The notes: generated by a model from the letters alone, not told the origin. A stretch of 32,000 bases of DNA from Inconstantimicrobium mannanitabidum (GCF_024345225.1 NZ_BROD01000001.1:3452516-3484515), one strand, 5' to 3'. Positions 17,704 to 25,490 are shown, counted from the first letter of the stretch. Numbers and translations are program-made.

Positions 17704-17904
17704 TAACATTGCCCCCCAATAATCAAAATATACCTCATTAAATTTACAATACTGCTCTTATAAACGCTAATAATTTAGCATCCTTATAAACACTGTTTTA
17801 TTAAAATATAAGCTATCCAGAAAACTTTATCAATATTAATAGTAAAATAACTTAATTATTAAAAAAGTATCACTCTATTTTTTAAATAATTTAAGTTTTA
17901 TCAA

Positions 17905-17939
17905 AAATGAATAAGACCAACAAACTATATTGCTGGCCT
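17905..17939 (-). terminator. Probable terminator after the MerR gene
   Basis: Minus strand: AGGCCAGCAA-TATAGT-TTGTTGGTCT (10 bp including G-U pairs), then TATTCATTTTTGA. Confidence 0.5.
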
Positions 17940-17949
17940 ACATACATTA

Positions 17950-18855
17950 TTATTTTATTCTGTTGTTGATTTCCTTAATTATTTCATCCTGAATGCTTAA
18001 CACTTCACTTATTCTTCTACTTCCAAGTATTTTTTTCTCTTCTATAAAATCAATATCAGTAAATATGCCTTGCAGGTATTCATTAACTTGAGGAGAAGCT
18101 GCCATAGAAGCCTTTACTATACTCTGTATGTCAAATCTGTTTAATATATCCTTAAGTACTTCTTTTTTGACAGTAACTATGCCCTCAAAATCAAAAATGC
18201 TGTTTGATAGTTTTGCATATAACTCTACGTTGTTTTCCTTCACCATATCGAGTAATTTATTTCTTTCATCATAATCAACATTTTTTAGCGTATCTATAAG
18301 TAATTTTTCTGTATCAACTGATTTTCTATAAATTTCTTCAAAGTAGGAAGTAATCTGTTCTAAAAGTTCACTATCAATTTGTCCGCTTTTAATTATTGAT
18401 TCATAATATTGCATTTTGAATTTATCTGGCAAAAATCTTATAATCTCATCGTTATTAATATCCATAAAGCGTGCCCCCTTGCGTTCTAATTCATTCATTT
18501 TAGATAACCAAAGATTAGAATCAATGTTCTTAAAAGATACACTTTCTTTTTGTAAGTCTACACATAGGTTGGCTGCTTCATTCAAACTATTTATTACACT
18601 CTTGAAATTATCAATTTGCTTATTTAAAACATCACTAAACTCAATTTGTTCCACTTGCAGCAAGCGAATATCTTCAATACTTATACCTAACTTTCTAAGC
18701 AGTTTAATCTTTTTTAATTTTTCTAAATCTACTTCAGAATACTCCCTATAGCCATTTTCAGTGTTTCTATTAGGTAATAATAATCCCTCTTTTTCATAAA
18801 ATCTTATGTTTTTACTTGTGATTCCTATGTGCTCCTCAACTTCTTTGATCCTCAC
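17950..18855 (-). CDS. MerR-family transcriptional regulator with a long helical C-terminal extension
   Basis: 301 aa. GTG start is 7 nt after GGGGGTG. The N-terminal MerR HTH is IKEVEEHIGITSKNIRFYEKEGLL...GYREY. It is followed by coiled-coil-like sequence and a C-terminal helical domain of about 70 aa. Confidence 0.85.
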   Translation of the reverse strand: MRIKEVEEHIGITSKNIRFYEKEGLLLPNRNTENGYREYSEVDLEKLKKIKLLRKLGISIEDIRLLQVEQIEFSDVLNKQIDNFKSVINSLNEAANLCVDLQKESVSFKNIDSNLWLSKMNELERKGARFMDINNDEIIRFLPDKFKMQYYESIIKSGQIDSELLEQITSYFEEIYRKSVDTEKLLIDTLKNVDYDERNKLLDMVKENNVELYAKLSNSIFDFEGIVTVKKEVLKDILNRFDIQSIVKASMAASPQVNEYLQGIFTDIDFIEEKKILGSRRISEVLSIQDEIIKEINNRIK

Positions 18856-18903
18856 TGACGCTCACCCCCTAATAATATTAAACACCTTCCACAAGGTAGA
18901 AGG

Positions 18904-19623
18904 TCAAGCATTTAATATACTGTCTTTATAAGACTCTAAGAAAGGAAATTCTCTCTTCTCTGCCATATTAATTATTTCATCCACTGGATAACTAACACGC
19001 CTATTCATCAATCTAACTTCATCTCCTGTGAAATCTAAAATTCCATAAGAGATTCTGTTATCACCATCAAGTTGATTTCCGATACTCCCCACATTAAAAA
19101 TTTTCTTTCCATCTACTTCACCAATAAACGATGTATGAGAATGTCCACTTAAGATTATATCTTCCTTAACTCCTTCAATTGCCTTTCTAATTTCAGTTTC
19201 TGGAACAGTACTATCCACAGCTTCAACAATGGATTTTGGTGTACCATGAACACAAAGGATTTTATATGTATTTACTGAAAATGAATATTCATAAGGTAGT
19301 GCATTAATAAAGGCTATTTTATCTTCATCTAAATTTTCTTTAGCAAACTTATAATATTCATATATCTGTTTTTCTCTATCATTATTTGCTTCATATGTTT
19401 CTGAAAATTCTTCAAACCATATATCTGTATTCCCTTTTATCCAACTTAGTATATCTAATTCACTATTCTTCAATGTATCTATAACCTCAGATGGCATTGG
19501 CCCTTTCATCACCACATCACCTAAAATTACAACCTTCGTTATTCCTTGTTCTCTCAAATCCTCTATTGCATAGTCTAACGCAATAGCATTACCATGAATA
19601 TCTGATAAAACACCTATCTTCAT
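18904..19623 (-). CDS. Metallophosphoesterase (YfcE/MJ0936-type)
   Basis: Start moved to ATG 19623, which has SD GGGGGGA 6 nt upstream. Motifs: SDIHGN, GDVV, GNTD, HGT, GHSH. Confidence 0.85.
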   Translation of the reverse strand: MKIGVLSDIHGNAIALDYAIEDLREQGITKVVILGDVVMKGPMPSEVIDTLKNSELDILSWIKGNTDIWFEEFSETYEANNDREKQIYEYYKFAKENLDEDKIAFINALPYEYSFSVNTYKILCVHGTPKSIVEAVDSTVPETEIRKAIEGVKEDIILSGHSHTSFIGEVDGKKIFNVGSIGNQLDGDNRISYGILDFTGDEVRLMNRRVSYPVDEIINMAEKREFPFLESYKDSILNA

Positions 19624-19758
19624 TTTCAATCCCCCCCTATATTTAAGTATTAATATTAATCTCTATAATTAAGTATAATTTATATTATATTCTAATTTTT
19701 TACTACTAATCAATATAAACTACTTATTCACTAAGCAAATACAGTAAAAGTGAAGAAA

Positions 19759-19789
19759 TAAAAAAAGACCTTGTATAAAACAAAGCCTT
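19759..19789 (-). terminator. Probable terminator after rnz
   Basis: Minus strand: AAGGCTTTG-TTTTATA-CAAGGTCTT, a 9-bp stem with two G-U pairs, followed by TTTTTTT. Confidence 0.55.
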
Positions 19790-19811
19790 CATCTAAATAT
19801 CAATATAAAGA

Positions 19812-20732
19812 TTATTGAAATTTCAATTCTACACTATATCTATCAAAACCTACTATGGTATTCTCAAACACCATCTTTGCATTATCTATATAATCAGTAG
19901 GTTCATCCATAGCAGTACTAAAATGTGTAAGCAGCAAGTTGCTTACCTTCCCTTTTGATGCTAAGGTTGCAGCTTCTTTAAAGGTCATATGCTTGTTCTT
20001 TATAGCTTTAGGAAGATCTTCATCCTCTCCATAAGTACCTTCACATATAAAATAATCACTATCCTTAATAAATTCTGGAATAGAATCAAGAGGTCTTGTA
20101 TCTGTGGTTATGCTAACTTTTATACCTCTTCTTTCTTCTCCTAAAACCATATCTCTAGTATATTTTATCCCATCATGGACTATATTTTCTTGACCTTTTT
20201 GCAGCTTACTCCATAAAGCCTTAGGCACATTATTAGTTATAGCTTTTTTAGGGTCAAATTCAGGTGCTCTCTTAAAATAAAAACTATAACCTATACATGG
20301 AGATGAATGTTCTAGCTCTAAAGTTGATATTTCTACCCCTAAATCTATAAACTCATTTTTTATTTCAAATGTTTCCTTTGGATTTTCTATTATATTAATT
20401 TCATATGGAAGCCAACTTGCAATCACTCTCAACTTATTTACAGTGTCCTCTATACCTTCTGGCCCTATTATTGTAAGAGGTTCTATCCTTCCGCTATTTC
20501 CTATAGTAGCTAGAAGTCCAGGTAGACCAACTATATGATCTCCATGAATATGAGTAATGCATATAACATCAATATTTTTAAAGCCTGTATTTGATATTTT
20601 CATTGATACTTGAGTTCCTTCTCCACAATCTATAAGTATTTTTCTCCCCTTATAACTCAGTAATGTAGAAGATAAAAATCTATTTGGCATTGGCATTCCT
20701 CCACCACAGCCTAACAATAATAAATCAACCAT
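19812..20732 (-). CDS. rnz: Ribonuclease Z (tRNA 3' endonuclease, metallo-beta-lactamase fold)
   Basis: Start moved to ATG 20732 (MVDLLLLGCGGGMP). The HxHxDH motif is ITHIHGDH. Length and C-terminal motifs fit short-form RNase Z. Confidence 0.9.
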   Translation of the reverse strand: MVDLLLLGCGGGMPMPNRFLSSTLLSYKGRKILIDCGEGTQVSMKISNTGFKNIDVICITHIHGDHIVGLPGLLATIGNSGRIEPLTIIGPEGIEDTVNKLRVIASWLPYEINIIENPKETFEIKNEFIDLGVEISTLELEHSSPCIGYSFYFKRAPEFDPKKAITNNVPKALWSKLQKGQENIVHDGIKYTRDMVLGEERRGIKVSITTDTRPLDSIPEFIKDSDYFICEGTYGEDEDLPKAIKNKHMTFKEAATLASKGKVSNLLLTHFSTAMDEPTDYIDNAKMVFENTIVGFDRYSVELKFQ

Positions 20733-20935
20733 GATTACCACCACTCTTTCATAATTTTAAGTATCTTTTGCTATCTATAAAGTTCTTTCTTATCTATATT
20801 AAAAAAATAAATTCACTCTTACTAAACAATTTAAATATATCACATTTTACTAATAGTTTACCTTATCTTTACCTTAGTTAATACTAATATTCAGATTAAT
20901 TAGATATATATAAATAGTATTTTTATATACTTGCA

Positions 20936-21021
20936 TATAGAACTATTCCACTTAAATGTTGGTAGAAAAAAGTCGAATTATTGTAACTTGTCCACCAACA
21001 TTATTATGGAATAGCTCTATA
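20936..21021 (+). other. Nested inverted repeat (long hairpin) at the start of the leader of the 21152 gene
   Basis: The outer arms are TATAGAACTATTCCA (20936-20950) and TGGAATAGCTCTATA (21007-21021), matching at 14 of 15 positions. The inner arms AATGTTGGT (20955-20963) and ACCAACATT (20994-21002) match at 9 of 9. Confidence 0.6.
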
Positions 21022-21034
21022 CAAAGAATCTTAA

Positions 21035-21119
21035 GACTTGTTATTTACTTTCAGATGCCTTACAATACATTTACATAATACTGAAAACAATAAAGCATAT
21101 TGAAAAAATAAATAACTAG
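21035..21119 (-). repeat. Palindromic repeat family, copy C (arms in outward-facing order)
   Basis: Plus strand: GACTTGTTATTTACTTTCAGATGCCT (21035-21060), 34 nt, then GCATATTGAAAAAATAAATAACTAG (21095-21119). The conserved arm on the minus strand is AGGCATCTGAAAGTAAATAACAAGTC. Confidence 0.7.
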
Positions 21120-21151
21120 AATTCATGAAAACAGCAAAAGGGGGATCTTCA

Positions 21152-21535
21152 ATGAACTATTTCTATGTTGCACTACTTCTAGAATGTGTTTTTATTACTT
21201 ATTGTATCTATAAAATAGTAGTGGTTTTTAAAACCTTTCTGAAAGAGAAAAAAAAGGGTTATCTAATATTAGCACTAATATTAATTCCATTAGCCACTTA
21301 TCTTTTTTGCGCTCTTACTTTACCTAAAATTAAAGATTTACATAATGCTTTTGCTAACAATCTTTCTTGCCATGAGGGCACAGTTGAAAAGAAATATATC
21401 TCAGGCCACTCCTTTGTTTTAGACGGTGCAGAATATCAATACAATCCTTGGGCATTCAAACCTAAAGAAAAAAGTAGGTACAAGCTTTATTATTTACCTA
21501 ACAGTAAGTTTGTGATTAGGTATGAAGAAGGGTAA
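21152..21535 (+). CDS. Small two-TM membrane protein (hypothetical)
   Basis: Start moved to ATG 21152 (MNYFYVALLL...), which has SD AAGGGGGA 6 nt upstream. Two hydrophobic helices are followed by a soluble tail of about 60 aa. I recognise no family. Confidence 0.6.
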   Translation: MNYFYVALLLECVFITYCIYKIVVVFKTFLKEKKKGYLILALILIPLATYLFCALTLPKIKDLHNAFANNLSCHEGTVEKKYISGHSFVLDGAEYQYNPWAFKPKEKSRYKLYYLPNSKFVIRYEEG

Positions 21536-21591
21536 AATTCACTAACATTTAAATAAAGATGCACTAGTTGCTCGTCTTAATTCAACCCAAT

Positions 21592-21627
21592 AAAAAATAG
21601 GCGGATTCACCGCCTATTTGCATTTTT
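21592..21627. terminator. Bidirectional terminator between the small membrane gene and metG
   Basis: AAATAGGCGG-ATTCA-CCGCCTATTT, with T-runs on both strands. Confidence 0.75.
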
Positions 21628-21643
21628 ACTCAATACTTAGTCC

Positions 21644-23647
21644 TTATTTAAATTGACTTTCATGCTTCTTAAAGAAGTCTACCTTTGGTTCTAAAAACTT
21701 AAGCTTATGAACTTCCTTGTTACCAATGAAAGAGTATATTGGTTCAAAGATATACTCCCAATTCCAAATATCTTCATTGGCTCCTAGGTATTCTCTTACC
21801 ATCTCTGCTCCTTCTGGTGCTATTGGATGGATTAATGCTGTTACTGTACGTACTGCATGGAAAGAATCTATTAAAATCTTCTTTCGCAATTCATTATTGT
21901 TTTCAGCTTCAGCCTGCTTTATATTATTAACCCAGTACTTATTCATGTTTCTAATATAACTATCCAATACATAAGTTATACTGTGGAATTCATGCTTATA
22001 CATATGCTTTTCATAAGTAAGGATTGCCTCATGTGCCTCCTTAAGTATTTCTTCGCTCACTTCACCTTGAGGAATTACTCCATCAAAATACTTTTGTGAT
22101 GTATAGAAGCAAGAACGAACAAGTCTATTAAATACATTAGTAAGAAGATTTCCTTCTTTTAAAACTGTATCTACACCTTCACGCTTATCTTCTTCCATAA
22201 AGGCTTGTGGTTGGAAGCTTGCACTCTTTGTTGATAATCCTAGACTTAAAAAATGGATACGTAGTTGTTCTGCTGTGTAGTAATCAAGAAGTTCCCTTGC
22301 CATTGGAGGTTTAATTTCTGAACTACTACTTGCCTTTTTGCCCATAAATAAAATATGGTTATTAGCAATGATGTTTGGTAACTGAATCTTTGACATATCA
22401 GGCTTTTCATCTATGCTGTTTAATAATGCTGTAAATAAGCCCATTTCTGCAATTCCGTAGAAGTATATATTATCTTCTCCTATAAATTGATAAACCTCAG
22501 CTTCATCATTGTTCCACCACTTCTTCCATTCTTCATCACCAAAACCTTGCTTTTCTAAGTAGGCTTTTGTAAATGATATTGGTGCCCAAAGTGATTCTGG
22601 CCATACCCAAAATGTTAAATCATTTAAATCTTCCTTATCAGGAACCTTAACTCCCCAGTCAACATTCCCCGATAATCTAAATGGTACTAGAGTTTTTCCT
22701 GTTCTAAAGTTAATTCCTTTATTTCCCAGCATAACCCTAGCCTCATCTCTATGCTCTAAATCCTTAAACACAAAGGTTACAGAAGGTTTTTTCTCTTCAT
22801 TTATAGTACTATGTTCTGGTAACTCTGCTTCTAAGGCATCTAAATCCTCTATGTTTTTCTTTTGAACATAGATTACAGGTTCTTTTAAAAACTCTTCAAC
22901 AGTATTTAATAAATACTTACTTGCTTTTTTGGTTTGTCTTAAATAATCTACTCTTTCCTTTAGTAAATCGTTGCATTTATCCAATTTAAAATACCAGTTG
23001 GTAACATCTTTTACTACAGGTTTTTTCCCTGACAAAGCACTTATAGGATCTATAAGTTCACTTGGCATATATTGATGTCCAAGAGAACATTCATCTGCAT
23101 AGGCTTTTTCTGATGAACAACCTTGTATTGGACACTTTCCAATAACCTGTCTTCCATTAAGAAAAACATTAAACTCTTCATCATAAAATTGAGGATTAGA
23201 CATCTTGGTTAGATATCCATTATCATATAACTTTTCAAATACTTCTTTTGAAACCTCACTATGAATTTCTCCAGCTCTATCTAAAGCTGACCCAGCAAAA
23301 AGATTCAAACTAATTTCATATTTATCTAAGGCATCCTTTTGCTTTAAATGATTTTCTTTAACATAGTCTTCTATAGTACCTGAGTATGAATTATCCTCAG
23401 TTATCTTTCTGTAACTTTCTAATATTGGTGAACCATAGCAATCTGTTCCTGATACAAATATAACATTCTCTTTTCCAATTCTATCTCTTAAAAATCTTGC
23501 TAATGTATCAGCGTGGACAAAAACTCCACCTATATGTCCAAAATGTAACTCTTTATTTCCATATGGCATCCCTGCTGTTATTACAGCTCTCTTGGGGAAG
23601 GTTGGTCTTTCATTCTTTCTGGTATTTCGCTCAATGTTTTTTTCCAT
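21644..23647 (-). CDS. metG: Methionine--tRNA ligase (type-2/E. coli-like architecture with a Cys knuckle, no C-terminal Trbp111-like domain evident)
   Basis: Start moved to ATG 23647 (MEKNIERN...), which has SD AGGAGAG 6 nt upstream. The HIGH-type motif is ELHFGHIGG. The zinc-knuckle-like segment is KCPIQGCSSEKAYADECSLGH. The anticodon-binding helical C-terminus has WVNN. A T-box leader lies upstream. Confidence 0.9.
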   Translation of the reverse strand: MEKNIERNTRKNERPTFPKRAVITAGMPYGNKELHFGHIGGVFVHADTLARFLRDRIGKENVIFVSGTDCYGSPILESYRKITEDNSYSGTIEDYVKENHLKQKDALDKYEISLNLFAGSALDRAGEIHSEVSKEVFEKLYDNGYLTKMSNPQFYDEEFNVFLNGRQVIGKCPIQGCSSEKAYADECSLGHQYMPSELIDPISALSGKKPVVKDVTNWYFKLDKCNDLLKERVDYLRQTKKASKYLLNTVEEFLKEPVIYVQKKNIEDLDALEAELPEHSTINEEKKPSVTFVFKDLEHRDEARVMLGNKGINFRTGKTLVPFRLSGNVDWGVKVPDKEDLNDLTFWVWPESLWAPISFTKAYLEKQGFGDEEWKKWWNNDEAEVYQFIGEDNIYFYGIAEMGLFTALLNSIDEKPDMSKIQLPNIIANNHILFMGKKASSSSEIKPPMARELLDYYTAEQLRIHFLSLGLSTKSASFQPQAFMEEDKREGVDTVLKEGNLLTNVFNRLVRSCFYTSQKYFDGVIPQGEVSEEILKEAHEAILTYEKHMYKHEFHSITYVLDSYIRNMNKYWVNNIKQAEAENNNELRKKILIDSFHAVRTVTALIHPIAPEGAEMVREYLGANEDIWNWEYIFEPIYSFIGNKEVHKLKFLEPKVDFFKKHESQFK

Positions 23648-23671
23648 ATACAACTCTCCTAACAATATATT

Positions 23672-23742
23672 GGGCATCTTCAAAAAATAAATAAGTCCAT
23701 ATGCAATAGATATTTAAACTTGCTATTTATTTTCACATGCCT
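23672..23742 (-). repeat. Palindromic repeat element, copy D (between the T-box terminator and the metG SD)
   Basis: Minus strand: AGGCATGTGAAAATAAATAG-CAAGTTTAAATATCTATTGCATATGGA-CTTATTTATTTTTTGAAGATGCCC. The 3' arm ends 11 nt before SD AGGAGAG. Confidence 0.8.
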
Positions 23743-23805
23743 TAGTTAACTTATCATCCCTACAAAAATATTAGGTTTTATAGGTTTAATAATAAAAAAA
23801 TGTAT

Positions 23806-24150
23806 AAAAAAACACCTCCTACAATTTAACTTGCAGGGGCGAAATATTCTCCGCGGTACCACCCTAATTTATTAACATGTCACCATATTAACCTTATCGA
23901 GTACAAATTATACCCTAGTTCTGTAACGTGAACTCACGTCATAGCATCACCTACTAAATAAGGCACCTGAAAGCACATAGGCTTATATCCTAGTCTATTG
24001 GGACTTGTTATTTATTTTCAGATACCTAAATAAGATCCGTATGAAGCTCAGAGGCTTGTTTCATCAAGTTTCCAACTATCTCATTCCAGCAAACTGAGAC
24101 TCTCTGTAAGTTTTTAAAATGACTACTCTTCTCTTCCTAGCCGTTAAAAT
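23806..24150 (-). promoter_or_regulatory. T-box riboswitch leader controlling metG
   Basis: On the minus strand, the canonical T-box sequence AAATTAGGGTGGTACCGCGG is at 23870-23851. A terminator follows: CGCCCCTGCAA-GTTAAA-TTGTAGGAGGTG plus TTTTTTT (23841-23806). Stem I elements are AGAGAG (24106-24100), a distal-loop-like GTTTGCTGGAA, and a candidate specifier AUG followed by A in CTTGATGAAAC (ATG at 24064-24062). Confidence 0.85.
23961..24027 (-). repeat. Palindromic repeat element, copy E (inside the T-box leader)
   Basis: Minus strand: AGGTATCTGAAAATAAATAACAAGTC...GCTTTCAGGTGCCT. The outer 12 bp pair perfectly as minus-strand RNA, with two G-U pairs. It is flanked by the direct repeat CTAAATAAG at 23954-23962 and 24026-24034. 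Confidence 0.8.
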
Positions 24151-24152
24151 TA

Positions 24153-24187
24153 TTGACAGTATAATCTAAATCAAACTATACTGTCAA
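24153..24187 (-). promoter_or_regulatory. metG/T-box promoter embedded in a perfect 11-bp inverted repeat
   Basis: Minus strand: TTGACA (24187-24182), an 18-nt spacer, then TATACT (24163-24158). TTGACAGTATA (24153-24163) and TATACTGTCAA (24177-24187) are exact reverse complements. Confidence 0.55.
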
Positions 24188-24287
24188 GTTTTTGTAATTG
24201 CTAATATATAATTAATTTTAAAAATAAATTGCTAGTTTCGTAATTAGAAGTTCTATATATTATCTATTTTTCTTCAAATGAGATTTT

Positions 24288-25490
24288 TTATACTTTCATT
24301 TCTATTTTTTCTGCTGTTTTCTGTTTTCTACTAATTAACTTATTAATTTTTTCAGAGCTTATTATCATAATGAAAACATAAGCCAACAAAAAACAAGGAA
24401 AAACACCTATACTTATTTTAGAAACCAAAATTCCAAACAATGGAGGCATAAAAGTACTTCCCATATAAGCAAACGCCATCTGTAAACCAATTATAGCTTG
24501 TGAGGCATTCTTTCCAAATCTCTTTGGAGTGTCATGTATCATAGAAGGATAGATAGGCGCACAACCAAGACCAAATAAAATTAATCCTAGCATTGAAAAA
24601 CTCGTTGGTAGTGGCATTAAAAGAACTACTGCTCCAATAATGCAAAGTACTTGTCCACCTCTAATTAAAGTACTATTACTAAACTTCATAGTAAAAAATC
24701 CAGACAAAAATCTACCTGCAGTTATTCCTATATAAAATAAAGATATCCACCTTGCTGCATCTCCAACAGATACACCCTTATAATTAACCAAATAGCTACT
24801 TCCCCATAATCCTGCAGTTGATTCTGCTGCACAATAACATGCAAAGGAAAGTAAGGCTAATTTTACACCTGGGATCTTCATAGAGCTTTTCCCATCAGCC
24901 TCTTCTTGTTCTTCCTTAATCTCATTTTCATCCTGAACTTTTTCAACTGTCTTCCATAATGATAAAGTTAAAAATAGTATAATTACAAGACCAAATTGTA
25001 TCATCGATATTGTAAAATAACCCTTTTTCCAACCATTGCTTTTTCCCATGAACATTGACATAATAATTGGTCCTACAGTAGCTCCAACACCCCAAAAACA
25101 GTGAAGCCAACTCATATGCTTTGCCTTATAATGCAATGCCACAAAATTATTTAAGGCTGCATCTACAGAACCACCTCCAAGACCTAAAGGTATTGCCATA
25201 ACACATAACCAAATAAATGATGGTGAGATTGAAAATCCTAGTAAAGCTACTGCTGTCATAGCTACACTTATAAATGTAAGTTTCCCTGTTCCAAATCGTT
25301 TAATTAATTTACCACTAAATAAACTAGAAATAATAGTTCCACCTGAAATAAGCATAGATAGAACCCCTTGTGTGGACAATGATACTGCCAAATCCTTATA
25401 CATAGCAGGCCATGCAGATCCCAATAATGAATCTGGTAAGCCTAAACTAATAAATGATAAATAAATTATAACTAACAAAAATGTAAACAT
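24288..25490 (-). CDS. MFS transporter (12 TM)
   Basis: 400 aa and hydrophobic throughout, with a central charged loop (KEEQEEADGK) between two 6-TM halves. It lies downstream of the O-acetyltransferase gene. Confidence 0.85.
   Translation of the reverse strand: MFTFLLVIIYLSFISLGLPDSLLGSAWPAMYKDLAVSLSTQGVLSMLISGGTIISSLFSGKLIKRFGTGKLTFISVAMTAVALLGFSISPSFIWLCVMAIPLGLGGGSVDAALNNFVALHYKAKHMSWLHCFWGVGATVGPIIMSMFMGKSNGWKKGYFTISMIQFGLVIILFLTLSLWKTVEKVQDENEIKEEQEEADGKSSMKIPGVKLALLSFACYCAAESTAGLWGSSYLVNYKGVSVGDAARWISLFYIGITAGRFLSGFFTMKFSNSTLIRGGQVLCIIGAVVLLMPLPTSFSMLGLILFGLGCAPIYPSMIHDTPKRFGKNASQAIIGLQMAFAYMGSTFMPPLFGILVSKISIGVFPCFLLAYVFIMIISSEKINKLISRKQKTAEKIEMKV

Noticed and set aside
24008-24027. 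ATTTTCAGA within the repeat arms resembles half of the CodY box (AATTTTCWGAAAATT).
   Set aside because: Only about 9 of 15 positions match and the second half-site is absent. The similarity does not explain the conserved GATGCCT and TAAATA flanks.
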